NCBI GenBank assembly: GCA_963737985.1
Contig: CAVTUU010000001.1
Coordinates: forward strand, 34,277 to 98,276
Direction: 5' to 3'
DNA: 64,000 nucleotides
Source: an uncultured Chloroflexia bacterium
GTDB lineage: Bacteria > Chloroflexota > Chloroflexia > Thermomicrobiales > UBA6265
Shown here: positions 1-8,515 of the stretch, piece by piece
Layout of the letters: every line of letters begins with the position of its first letter
Numbering within the stretch: the first letter of the stretch is position 1
Notes under the pieces: model-generated
Told to the model about the DNA's origin: nothing
The model's input: the letters and a program-made list of their open reading frames with translations, nothing else
Databases searched by the model: none
Translations under genes and position numbers: made by a program

Positions 1-521
1 ATTATCAAAGCTACTGGCGCCGTTACGGCAAGCGCGATCGCAAGGATCCTCAAGAGGTCGTCGGAATCCTGTCGTGAGACTCCGACCTGAACCACACCGA
101 CACGCTCGCCGCCAATTGAAATAGGGGCAGTGATGACGCCCATTTTGCCGCCGTCGCTGGAAAACCAACCTTGGACTGTTTCTCCACCAAGCGCGGAATT
201 AACGGTTCCACTGTCTAGAGGAGCGCCACCAGCCGTTGCACTCGTGTCGAGCTCGATAGTTCCATCAGGGCCGAACAATCGGACATAATGATCGTCGTCG
301 CTGAATGTCTTAAGGGCGTTCTCATCGATTCCAATGTGCGAGCCGCGTTGCTGAACCGCACCCGAAACGAGTGCGGCTTGGGAATGAAGTTGCTCATTGA
401 AGGTGTCGTAGATCTCATGCCTGGCAACGAGATAGAACGCGACGCCAAAGAGGAGGAAAGCCGCGGCTGAAAATGCCGAGTACCAAATCGTAAGGCGCCA
501 TCGAATGGGCAATTGAGTCAT
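1..521 (-). CDS. Membrane sensor histidine kinase, N-terminal part (runs off the window start)
   Basis: ATG at 521 overlaps the TGA of the upstream response regulator (ATGA). Reads MTQLPIRWRLTIWYSAFSAAAFLLFGVAFYLV, a typical first TM helix of an OmpR-partner kinase, with a second TM near position 1-60. Not in the ORF track because it is truncated. Confidence 0.85.
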   Translation of the reverse strand, partial: MTQLPIRWRLTIWYSAFSAAAFLLFGVAFYLVARHEIYDTFNEQLHSQAALVSGAVQQRGSHIGIDENALKTFSDDDHYVRLFGPDGTIELDTSATAGGAPLDSGTVNSALGGETVQGWFSSDGGKMGVITAPISIGGERVGVVQVGVSRQDSDDLLRILAIALAVTAPVALI

Positions 522-1195
522 TGAGGTGGGGTTGAGAGCCGGTAACCAGCGCCGCGCACAGTCTGAATTAATTCACCGGGATATGGATCCTGTAGCTTTC
601 TCCGCAAGCTGAGGATATGAACGTCAATCACATTGGTCACATTCGGAAAATCGTAGTTCCAAACGTGATCCGCGATCATTGCTCGCGTAAGCACTCTGTT
701 TGGATTCCGCATCAGTTGTTCGAGAATTCTGAACTCCTTATTTGGTAGCAAAAGTTCCGAGTCACCGCGCCAGGCACGATGCGTAGCGGGATCGAGTGAG
801 AGGTCGCCGACGCGTAGAATCGTGTCTCTCGCCTCGAATGGTCTACGCGAAAGGGCACGCAGTCGAGCAGCAAGCTCGGCGAAGGCAAACGGCTTCACGA
901 GGTAGTCGTCAGCGCCCGAATCAAGCCCAGCGACGCGATCAAGCACGGCGTCTCGAGCGGTTAAGAGCAATATTGGCGTTTGGACGCGTCGCTTCCGAAG
1001 TTGTCGGCAGACTTCCAGTCCGTCAATCTGCGGGAGCATCACGTCGAGAACGATCGCATCGAACGTGACCGAATCAGTCCAATCAAGTGCTTCCTCTCCC
1101 GTTCCGACGAGATCAACTGCGTGCCCTTCTTCGGTCAGTCCACGCCGCAGAAGAGTCCCAAGTCTAGGTTCATCTTCAACGATGAGGAGACGCAT
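518..1195 (-). CDS. OmpR/PhoB-family response regulator
   Basis: Receiver motifs LIVEDE, LDVMLP, GADDYLVKPF; winged-helix end IQTVRGAGY. Confidence 0.95.
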   Translation of the reverse strand: MRLLIVEDEPRLGTLLRRGLTEEGHAVDLVGTGEEALDWTDSVTFDAIVLDVMLPQIDGLEVCRQLRKRRVQTPILLLTARDAVLDRVAGLDSGADDYLVKPFAFAELAARLRALSRRPFEARDTILRVGDLSLDPATHRAWRGDSELLLPNKEFRILEQLMRNPNRVLTRAMIADHVWNYDFPNVTNVIDVHILSLRRKLQDPYPGELIQTVRGAGYRLSTPPQ

Positions 1196-1396
1196 TTGTC
1201 GCCCTCCGGTTTTTGGCAGATGATTCAGTCCGATCGTGCATTTGTTGGAAACTATCGATTGAATGTGAAGTCCGGATGAAGCATTGATGAGCTAGCGGCT
1301 GGGTATACCTGTTTGCCGAGCGAGCGAATGGCGGCATCTCGATTGCGTAGTTGTGGGCAAGGGAGGAAGGGGAAGCTCAAATGATTGAGAAACCTC

Positions 1397-1765
1397 ATGG
1401 CTTTAAAAGTTCTCGTCGTTGACGATGATCCTGCAATAGTCGAGGTGGTTGAGCAAGTTCTCATTGAAGAGGGCTTTGATGTTCATCATGCCCATGACGG
1501 ACGCGAAGCACTCTTCAAGATCGAGCAAGGAGTCCCCGATGTCGTGTTGAGTGATATCGGGCTGCCGGTGCTTGATGGCGTCGCGCTGACTTTCGCCTTG
1601 CGAAAGAGCGGCAATCTGATTCCGATAGTCCTCATGAGTGCGGTCTATTCTGATGTCGACCTGCCCGGCGTTCGGTTCGTGTCCAAACCATTTGACGTCG
1701 ATCATCTGATAAGCGTTGTGAAGCGAGCCGCTCATTTGGAAGGTAGTGATCCCGTCCACGCATAG
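1397..1765 (+). CDS. Stand-alone receiver-domain (CheY-like) protein
   Basis: VLVVDDD, LSDIGLPVLDG, VSKPFD; ATG 1397 preferred over TTG 1385. Confidence 0.9.
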   Translation: MALKVLVVDDDPAIVEVVEQVLIEEGFDVHHAHDGREALFKIEQGVPDVVLSDIGLPVLDGVALTFALRKSGNLIPIVLMSAVYSDVDLPGVRFVSKPFDVDHLISVVKRAAHLEGSDPVHA

Positions 1766-1793
1766 TCGAACTAAAACGTCATGTGGCTGAAAC

Positions 1794-2630
1794 TTATGTT
1801 GGAAGCGCCTGGCAATTCGAGCAGTAATGAGAGCTCCTCCCTCCGATCACTATGAACGACAAGGGCGTCCCGCATCGAGGACATGGCTCGCCAGAGCGGC
1901 CCTTTCCATACACTTTCAGGTTGTATTGATTGGCTCCTTCCTGTCCTGCGCCATCTCGGAAATGCGAAATGCTCGTGCCGCGATTGAGGAGACCTTCGCG
2001 CAAAACCCCCCGAATCGACCTATGTAAGATTCGGATCTGATCAGAATTCAGACGGTTCGCCGGTGTCAGCGGATGGATCTTTGCTTGGAAGAGCGCTTCA
2101 TCAGCGTAGATGTTACCGATGCCGGCGATGACCTGTTGGTTTAGTAGGATCGATTTGATTGGCCCGGAGCGACGCAGCAGTATTTTGCCAAACGCTTCAG
2201 CTGTGAATTGAGGCGCAAGCGGCTCGGGTCCAACTTTCTCATCGATCGAATTCGCCTCCTGCGGTAACAAGTGAATAACTCTTCCGAACTTGCGTTGATC
2301 GGAAAAACGCAGGCTCATCCCATCGTCCAAAACAATCGCAAGGTGCTCAAACCGTAGTCGAGGCTCTTGACGAGAGACGAGAACGAGATTGCCAGTCATG
2401 CGAAGATGAACAACCAGCAATGAGTCGTCATCTAGGTCGATCAGTATGTATTTCCCGCGCCGTCTCGTGTTGGTGACTAATCGATTCGTGATTCGAGTAG
2501 CAAAGGTTGATGGATCATCACTTCCAATAACGCCAGTGAATTCGTGAACATGAACTCCGCTGATGTGGCGACCGAGAAGTTGATCATGGAGCGAGATTCG
2601 AACAGTTTCGACCTCGGGAAGTTCTGGCAT
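1794..2630 (-). CDS. mutM: Formamidopyrimidine-DNA glycosylase/AP lyase (Fpg)
   Basis: N-terminal MPELPEVETV sets the start at 2630; HLRMTG, GIGNIYADE, C-terminal zinc finger CPRC...CSNCQ. Confidence 0.97.
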   Translation of the reverse strand: MPELPEVETVRISLHDQLLGRHISGVHVHEFTGVIGSDDPSTFATRITNRLVTNTRRRGKYILIDLDDDSLLVVHLRMTGNLVLVSRQEPRLRFEHLAIVLDDGMSLRFSDQRKFGRVIHLLPQEANSIDEKVGPEPLAPQFTAEAFGKILLRRSGPIKSILLNQQVIAGIGNIYADEALFQAKIHPLTPANRLNSDQIRILHRSIRGVLREGLLNRGTSISHFRDGAGQEGANQYNLKVYGKGRSGEPCPRCGTPLSFIVIGGRSSHYCSNCQALPT

Positions 2631-2702
2631 ACTGAAAGGAATCCTAGCCTGAAGTACGGCAGCGATTCGTGATGCTACCACGGTCGAACAGGAGAGAAAT
2701 TG

Positions 2703-3059
2703 ATGCCCGGCTTCGATGAGGATTGCATTTTTTGCCGGATAGTCCGGGGAGATTTCGGGACCGAATTTCTCGCTGAAAACGAAGATGCGGTTACATTTCG
2801 CGACTTGCATCCGCAGGCGCCAACTCATGTTTTAGTCGTCACGCGCGAGCACTACGAGAGTCTTGTCGAGTTTGCGGAAACTGACAGTTTAAAGGCATCC
2901 GGCCTCATCACTCTAGCGGTTGAAGTCGCGCGAGCCGAAGGCATAGTCGAGAGCGGATTTCGAGTTCTGACAAACACTGGTAAAGACGCGGGTCAATCGG
3001 TCCAGCATCTTCATTTTCATGTACTTGGCGGTAAACCGCTTCGCGAGGGCCTTGCCTAG
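2703..3059 (+). CDS. HIT (histidine triad) family nucleotide-binding protein
   Basis: DCIFCRI, PQAPTHVLV, AGQSVQHLHFHVLGG; RBS AGGAG upstream. Confidence 0.95.
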   Translation: MPGFDEDCIFCRIVRGDFGTEFLAENEDAVTFRDLHPQAPTHVLVVTREHYESLVEFAETDSLKASGLITLAVEVARAEGIVESGFRVLTNTGKDAGQSVQHLHFHVLGGKPLREGLA

Positions 3060-3073
3060 TTGGAGTTGCATAC

Positions 3074-3535
3074 ATGAGTGAACCAACCATTCGCGAGCGA
3101 CTTGATTCTGACCTCAAGATCGCGTTGAAGGCAGGCGACCAGGACGCTAAGGATGTCATCCGATTTACCCTAGCGGCCATAAAGAATGCCGAAATCGACA
3201 AGGGCAGATCCCTCACGAATGAAGAAACTATTGCGGTTTTACAACAGCAAGCGAAACGTCGTGCAGACGCCATCGATCAATTCAAGTCTGGAAATAGACC
3301 TGATCTCGTCGAACGGGAAGAGAACCAATTGGTGGTATTAGAGCGATATCTTCCTGCCAGTATGTCCGACGATGAACTCAGGGCGCTCGTGATGCAAGCG
3401 GTTGGCGACATTGGAGCGACAAGTCCCAAGGATATGGGCAAACTGATGTCGGTCCTGATGGAAAGGGCGGCCGGACGAGCGGATGGTCGACGATTGAGCG
3501 CGGCTGCAAGAGAAGAATTGAGCAAGTCGTCATAA
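3074..3535 (+). CDS. GatB/YqeY domain protein
   Basis: DLKIALKAGD...AAIKNAEID...KRRADAIDQF...YLP...KDMGKLM...GRADGR. Confidence 0.93.
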   Translation: MSEPTIRERLDSDLKIALKAGDQDAKDVIRFTLAAIKNAEIDKGRSLTNEETIAVLQQQAKRRADAIDQFKSGNRPDLVEREENQLVVLERYLPASMSDDELRALVMQAVGDIGATSPKDMGKLMSVLMERAAGRADGRRLSAAAREELSKSS

Positions 3536-3570
3536 CGACTCATGACGAGCAGCGCATCCTCGAATCAGAA

Positions 3571-4026
3571 ATGGAACCCCTTGTAGTTCGGTTGAACCTA
3601 ATCGATGAACACGTACCCACGGTCAATCTTGATCGCGCTCGCTCTCAATCGCTCTCTGAATTCATCTTGCGAGACGCTGGCGCGGTGGGAGAGTGGGAGA
3701 TCGCAGTCGTCTTGAAAACTGACGACACAATACGTGCCCTCCATCGCGAATTCATGGGGATCGACGAGGCAACTGATGTAATGACATTTCCAGCAGATCC
3801 GGAAGAAAATGAGGGAATTGCGGGGGGCGATATTGTCATTTCCGTGGATCGTGCCGCTGCACAAGGAGCCGATTACGGGAACACTCCCGATCAAGAGATT
3901 GAATTTTTGCTCGTTCACGGGTTACTTCATTTGTGCGGTTGGGACGACCATTCCCAATCTGATCGGGACAAAATGTTGACCTATCAAGCTCAGTTGATTG
4001 CTCGGTTTGACGGAGATGAAGATTGA
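3571..4026 (+). CDS. ybeY: rRNA maturation endoribonuclease YbeY
   Basis: ATDVMTFP, GDIVIS, HGLLHLCGWDDH metal-binding motif. Confidence 0.95.
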   Translation: MEPLVVRLNLIDEHVPTVNLDRARSQSLSEFILRDAGAVGEWEIAVVLKTDDTIRALHREFMGIDEATDVMTFPADPEENEGIAGGDIVISVDRAAAQGADYGNTPDQEIEFLLVHGLLHLCGWDDHSQSDRDKMLTYQAQLIARFDGDED

Positions 4027-4027
4027 C

Positions 4028-5200
4028 TTAATTTTCCGCGTGTTTTTTGAGCGCGCGATGCAAAACATCGGCGGCAATCATGCCCGAACGCCGCTGCACT
4101 TCTTCGAATCTCGCTCTGAGTGGAAAGCTTTCCAACGCGTCGATACCATCGCCGCAAACGCGAATTTCGACGATGGAGTCGTACAAGTCGTTTTGCCCGA
4201 CAGTTCCCGCGACGCTGACTCCGACGCCTATATTCGTTCCCGCGTGGGCCATTATTTCGGGTAGCCGCGTGTCAGTGTTCATTCCGTGTGGCAACGTGAC
4301 AGCATCGCGCATCACTTCAACGGCCTGTGGTGAGCTCTGCAATAGGCTGGCGAAACGACCACCACCACCGCGATCTTCGACTACGAGCGATCCTGATCGA
4401 GCCTTAATCTGATGCAAGAGGGCATCGGCCAATGACAGGTCATTTGTGGCATAAATGAACTCGCCCAGACGAATTTCGACTTCGATCGCTGCTTTGTCTC
4501 GAATCTCATCTGCAGCGGCCTGATTGTCAGCTACCGCTGCGACCAAGATATGGACGCCATCGTCTTTGGCGTAGGTGGCCACAACCGGATTCTCAAGAGC
4601 GACGAGGTGGGTCAGTTTCTGCTCAGCAGCGGATTCACCGATGCCAATTGTTTTGTATCGGACAGTGCTCAGAACCCTATGCGGCAGATGAGCTTGAAGT
4701 CGGGGTACGACTTGTTCTGTCCACATTCGAGTCATTTCCCTCGGCACGCCGGGCATGCATACGACGTTCTTGTCGCCGATTTCGACGAACCATCCGGGAG
4801 CGGTTCCAACCGGGTTTGGAAGCACATCAGCCGAGGGTATGAGCCAAGCTTGCTTTTGATTTTGTTCGGGCATGACCTGTCCGCGAGCGGCAAAAAACTT
4901 CTCGATTCCCTCTAGAATTGTGGCGTCGACTTCTGGTTTTTCGCCGGCAACGTCCGCGATGGCTTCGCGCGTCAAATCGTCACCAGTGGGGCCAATGCCC
5001 CCGGTACAGATGACGAGATCGCTTCTCTCTAACGCCAGGCGGATAGTTCCGGAGATGCTTGTACGGTCGTCGTTTATTTGGACGACGTGCAGGAGCTCGA
5101 TGCCAAGAACGACGAGTTCCTGAGAAAGAAATGTTGCATTGGTGTCGGTGATGTGTCCAAGGATTAGCTCGCGACCGATGGAGAGGATATGGGCGCGCAT
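4028..5200 (-). CDS. cinA: CinA-like protein (molybdopterin-binding-type N domain, divergent PncC-like C domain)
   Basis: SIGRELILGHITDTNA, TGGIGPTGDDLTRE, NPVGTAPG, MPGVPREM, GIGES. Confidence 0.85.
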   Translation of the reverse strand: MRAHILSIGRELILGHITDTNATFLSQELVVLGIELLHVVQINDDRTSISGTIRLALERSDLVICTGGIGPTGDDLTREAIADVAGEKPEVDATILEGIEKFFAARGQVMPEQNQKQAWLIPSADVLPNPVGTAPGWFVEIGDKNVVCMPGVPREMTRMWTEQVVPRLQAHLPHRVLSTVRYKTIGIGESAAEQKLTHLVALENPVVATYAKDDGVHILVAAVADNQAAADEIRDKAAIEVEIRLGEFIYATNDLSLADALLHQIKARSGSLVVEDRGGGGRFASLLQSSPQAVEVMRDAVTLPHGMNTDTRLPEIMAHAGTNIGVGVSVAGTVGQNDLYDSIVEIRVCGDGIDALESFPLRARFEEVQRRSGMIAADVLHRALKKHAEN

Positions 5201-5261
5201 ACTCTGCCGTACTCACCTAGCGGAACGGATGGCCGATTTTGCGTGGTTGAGAATTGGACGG

Positions 5262-5334
5262 TACCCTCGGAGGGATTCGAACCCCCAGCCTTCTGGTCCG
5301 AAGCCAGACGCTCTATCCGTTGAGCTACGAGGGC
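5262..5334 (-). tRNA. tRNA-Arg (anticodon UCG)
   Basis: GCCCTCGTAGCTCAACGGATAGAGCG-TCTGG-CTTCGGA-CCAGA-...GGTTCGAATCC-CTCCGAGGGTA folds as a cloverleaf; CCA not encoded. Confidence 0.95.
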
Positions 5335-5361
5335 AAATAAGGTGACTTCCTTTTCGCCTTC

Positions 5362-5375
5362 GGAAGTATAGCAGC
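5362..5375 (-). promoter_or_regulatory. Extended -10 promoter of tRNA-Arg
   Basis: TGCTATACT on the minus strand about 30 nt upstream of the tRNA. Confidence 0.6.
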
Positions 5376-5462
5376 GATGCCTAAACTCTCCCATGAAAGC
5401 GGCGCCGATTTCGATTAGGGTTTGACTGGGACATTTGAGACGAGGTCCAAGGAGCAACCCAT

Positions 5463-6041
5463 TTGAGCTGGATTTCAGCCAAGGAATTGAATGTCGAACA
5501 GCCTGTTCTCCGGGCCACCGCCTGCCTAATTGCCGCGTCACTGGTCGTTGCAGTTGCCATTGCGACAAATGGTGTAGTGGCCAAAACCTTCAATGGACTT
5601 GGCGGCATTCTGTGGTTTGCGTCGGCTGTCCTGCTTGTTCGCTCGTTGCGCTCGCACGAGCGATTTTCGGCCTGGTTTGCGTTTGTATTCGCCGATTGCT
5701 TAATACTCGTGATCCTCCTGAAACCAACAGACCTCTTTTGGGCCTTGATCGGGTTTGGTTTCGGCGGCGCGCTGGTGGCGGTAGTCACCGGCGCACAAGC
5801 ACTCAATTGGGCGCCGCTCCTTCCCGCGATCTGGTTGCCTACACATCTGCTTGTCGCGATGACACGCGCAGTCATCCGGTCGATCGATGGTTCGGAAGCC
5901 TCGGTTCGCAGCGATCCACCGCCCACTGCGGCGCTCGTTCCGTTTGCGATGGTCGTCGCGGCACTCGTGGGTGCGTTTTTAGTCGATTGGGCGCGAAAGC
6001 GTACTTTGACAAAATCCGCCGAGCAGAATGTCGCTAACTGA
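5463..6041 (+). CDS. Hypothetical multi-pass membrane protein
   Basis: About six hydrophobic segments in the 192-aa ORF; start uncertain (TTG 5463 or later). Confidence 0.75.
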   Translation: MSWISAKELNVEQPVLRATACLIAASLVVAVAIATNGVVAKTFNGLGGILWFASAVLLVRSLRSHERFSAWFAFVFADCLILVILLKPTDLFWALIGFGFGGALVAVVTGAQALNWAPLLPAIWLPTHLLVAMTRAVIRSIDGSEASVRSDPPPTAALVPFAMVVAALVGAFLVDWARKRTLTKSAEQNVAN

Positions 6042-6325
6042 GACGAGATCGATTCGATTGATTCTCAGGGTTACTTCCACTCCGCGCTCTTACTATCGTC
6101 AGATCAGGAAACGTCCTTCCCAATCCCAACCCTACTTGCTATGAGTAAGTTCGAAGACAAGTTCGGGCCACTCGCCGATCGTCTTGGAGTTGCGATCAAA
6201 CCTTAAGCTCTCGCTCTTTCGGGAGGAATTTCCTTACCCAATTTGTCCACTTTGGGTATGGTCCGATCGGCATGGGCAGAATACGCTCAGTGCAGATTTG
6301 CCCGTTGTCCGAGGAGAGGCCGTCC

Positions 6326-6805
6326 ATGCGCGCTAGATTGTTCTCTCGCCGCCACGTCTTCCGGCTCTTTGGGGGCGCGGCGTTGGCGGCAGTCCCTGCG
6401 CTCCAAATTGCCGAGAATGCATCCGCGGCTCGTGGCTGGTGTCGTGCTGATCCATTGCTCCGTATCGCCGGTCAGTCCGTTCACGTCTACATCAGCAGTC
6501 TAGATGCGATGTTGAAATCGGCGACAGGTAAGATTCGACTCACCGTGATGGTGCCTGCCGGCATCGAAGGCAAGCGCATCGACGTTCTCACTGACTTTGG
6601 CAAAGGCTATGACATTCGATTCTTGCCGGTATCGAATTTGAAGGTCTTGAGTGGGCGAGTGCCTACGCTGTTGACCGTTTACTGTCCGGCGCGAGATGCG
6701 ACGCTTCCAGTAATAGTCGATTTCACGCCAGTTGGATCGGGTCCTTTGACCGCGGCAAGTGCAACCGGGAAAGCTGACACCCTGGTGACATTGTTCGCCA
6801 TTTAA
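6326..6805 (+). CDS. Hypothetical Tat-exported protein
   Basis: RBS GAGGAGAGG then MRARLFSRRHVFRLFGGAALAAVPA...ASA (twin-arginine signal with AxA site); mature part begins ARGWCRADP. Confidence 0.8.
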   Translation: MRARLFSRRHVFRLFGGAALAAVPALQIAENASAARGWCRADPLLRIAGQSVHVYISSLDAMLKSATGKIRLTVMVPAGIEGKRIDVLTDFGKGYDIRFLPVSNLKVLSGRVPTLLTVYCPARDATLPVIVDFTPVGSGPLTAASATGKADTLVTLFAI

Positions 6806-6884
6806 TGCGTGCACATTTTTCGGTCGCATCTCAACTTGAGAGACACTAGTGCTCGCGAGGTCCCGATCTCTGCAACTTTTGTGA

Positions 6885-7337
6885 TCACTTCCAGAGCGGA
6901 TCGAGCGGCGACTCTGGCGTTGGTGCGGGCCAGAAACAATCTTGACCTCCAATAAGTCGAGAGTCGTCACACCGTAAAAGTGGTGCGGGTGTTGGCGACG
7001 GTCCAAATTGAGGCGTGCAGATTTCGCCGGGGTTATCTCGATTCCCGCAATAGTAGACCGTGAGCACAGGCAGCGCAGTCGACTTCGGCACTTGAGTGTT
7101 CTCTGGAGTTTCCGTTAAAGGCGCTAAAGCCAAGTTCAGTGCAAGCGGAGTGGATGTAGCTTCCACATATGGTTGGACGGTCGAAGGGGCGGGTAAGGGC
7201 TCGTTTGCCGTTCGAACAAGTTGCCACGTGACAAGCGCTCCAACTGCCAGAAGGCACCACATAGCCATCATTGAACCTGAGAAACGGCGATGTAGCTTCG
7301 TCCCTTCTGATTGACGATTAGGCGATGAAGGCGCCAT
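6885..7337 (-). CDS. Hypothetical single-pass membrane protein with Pro/Thr stalk and two Cys pairs
   Basis: One TM (MMAMWCLLAVGALVTWQLV), P/T-rich linker, then CGNRDNPGEIC and CDDSRLIGGQDC. Confidence 0.6.
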   Translation of the reverse strand: MAPSSPNRQSEGTKLHRRFSGSMMAMWCLLAVGALVTWQLVRTANEPLPAPSTVQPYVEATSTPLALNLALAPLTETPENTQVPKSTALPVLTVYYCGNRDNPGEICTPQFGPSPTPAPLLRCDDSRLIGGQDCFWPAPTPESPLDPLWK

Positions 7338-7499
7338 GACGTATCTCGTTCAAACCCAAAATGGAGCACGAATCGCTTTGCTGATTGTATTGCTTCATCG
7401 CCGGACGCGATGGACCGCGGAACCGGAACTGAACTTCAAAGGTCAAGGTCCCAAATCCTGGGGCAATTGCCGATCGCTCCAAGTGGGACCTCCACCACA

Positions 7500-7539
7500 A
7501 CAAAGTCGAAAGGGCCAGAGCGTGTTTTGCTCTGGCCCT
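7500..7539 (-). terminator. Intrinsic terminator of the tRNA/rnpB operon
   Basis: Perfect 11-bp stem AGGGCCAGAGC/GCTCTGGCCCT followed by TTCGACTTTGTT on the minus strand. Confidence 0.75.
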
Positions 7540-7572
7540 GAGATTGTTGATTTCTCGCGAGGGTCTTCGAGG

Positions 7573-7646
7573 GGTGCCCAAGGGGGCTCGAACCCCCAAC
7601 CTCCGGTTCCACAGACCGGCGCTCTGCCGATTGAGCTATAGGCACC
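7573..7646 (-). tRNA. tRNA-His (GUG)
   Basis: G-1 then GTGCCTATAGCTCAATCGGCAGAGCG-CCGGT-CTGTGGA-ACCGG...; C73 discriminator pairs with G-1. Confidence 0.96.
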
Positions 7647-7661
7647 ATACATTCCTGGGGA

Positions 7662-8010
7662 ATGAAAGGAGAGTAAGCCGAGTTCTGTTCGTGATGATCA
7701 TCTCTCTCGATCCCTTACGGGATCGGCCGCGTCGTCGCCTTCGCGGCTGCTCTCGTCTTCCGGCCTCAGCGAGCAACCTGATAACGGCCGTTTCGGAGAT
7801 TGCTGCGGGGAGGATTGCCCTTTTCAGCCGCCAGGTCCAGCCGTTGCCGGCCGCCCGCGGTTTGGTTTCTGTTGCTCTCACGCGCGTTGCGCGTGCCTGT
7901 CTGGACTGTCGACGTCTTGCGACGCCTCCTCGACTTTCGTCGAGCACCCTCGCTCTGTGCAGCTCGGACTTTCCTCTGGCCAATCGACCAGCGATCATCC
8001 TTCCTTTCAC
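7662..8010 (-). ncRNA. rnpB: RNase P RNA (type-C-like)
   Basis: Conserved 5' GAGGAAAGTCCGAGC and 3' AACAGAACTCGGCTTAC; P1 formed by GTGAAAGGA/TCCTTTCAT; ACAGAAA and TGAAA conserved regions present. Confidence 0.96.
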
Positions 8011-8072
8011 ACCCTCGGTTTTCAAAGTGCGAGCCTGCATTCGATGGTGTACTCACCGCGATTGCAAGCTCT

Positions 8073-8159
8073 TGGTGCCGAAGGGGAGATTTGAACTCCC
8101 ACGGGCTAAAGCCCACTACGCCCTGAACGTAGCGCGTCTGCCGGTTCCGCCACTTCGGC
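8073..8159 (-). tRNA. tRNA-Leu (CAG)
   Basis: GCCGAAGTGGCGGAACCGGCAGACGCG-CTACG-TTCAGGG-CGTAG, long variable arm, encoded CCA. Confidence 0.96.
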
Positions 8160-8182
8160 CCGCTCAATGCGTGCAGATCGGG

Positions 8183-8255
8183 AGCCGACCTCGGGACTCG
8201 AACCCGAGACCTGCTGTTTACGAAACAGCTGCTCTACCAACTGAGCTAGGTCGGC
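8183..8255 (-). tRNA. tRNA-Thr (CGU)
   Basis: GCCGACCTAGCTCAGTTGGTAGAGCA-GCTGT-TTCGTAA-ACAGC...GGTTCGAGTCC. Confidence 0.96.
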
Positions 8256-8288
8256 ATGCGACCCGCGCCATCGCGCGAAGCGTGCCGA

Positions 8289-8318
8289 ATTCTACCATGT
8301 TGGCTAATTTCTGAACAA
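8289..8318 (-). promoter_or_regulatory. Sigma-A-type promoter of the tRNA-Thr/tRNA-Leu/rnpB/tRNA-His operon
   Basis: TTGTTC-N18-TAGAAT with extended TG (TGGTAGAAT), 33 nt upstream of tRNA-Thr. Confidence 0.6.
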
Positions 8319-8515
8319 GAAATTTGTGGTATTTCAAAGCCTATTGAGCACTGCTGCGAGGTCTTGCTGCTCACTAAAAAGCGACTGTGGTATCTTCCGG
8401 CCCAAGCTCAATTTGGACTGCCAGGATCCTCGACCGATCTGTCAAGGCAAGGTTCGCGCCTCGCTCTAGCGAGCGCAATCGAAATGCGGAATTGAGCTGA
8501 GGAGTTTCTCGACAA

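Noticed and set aside
7436-8314. ORFs of 69-256 aa across the tRNA/rnpB cluster
   Set aside because: They overlap structural RNA genes and have no protein-like features.
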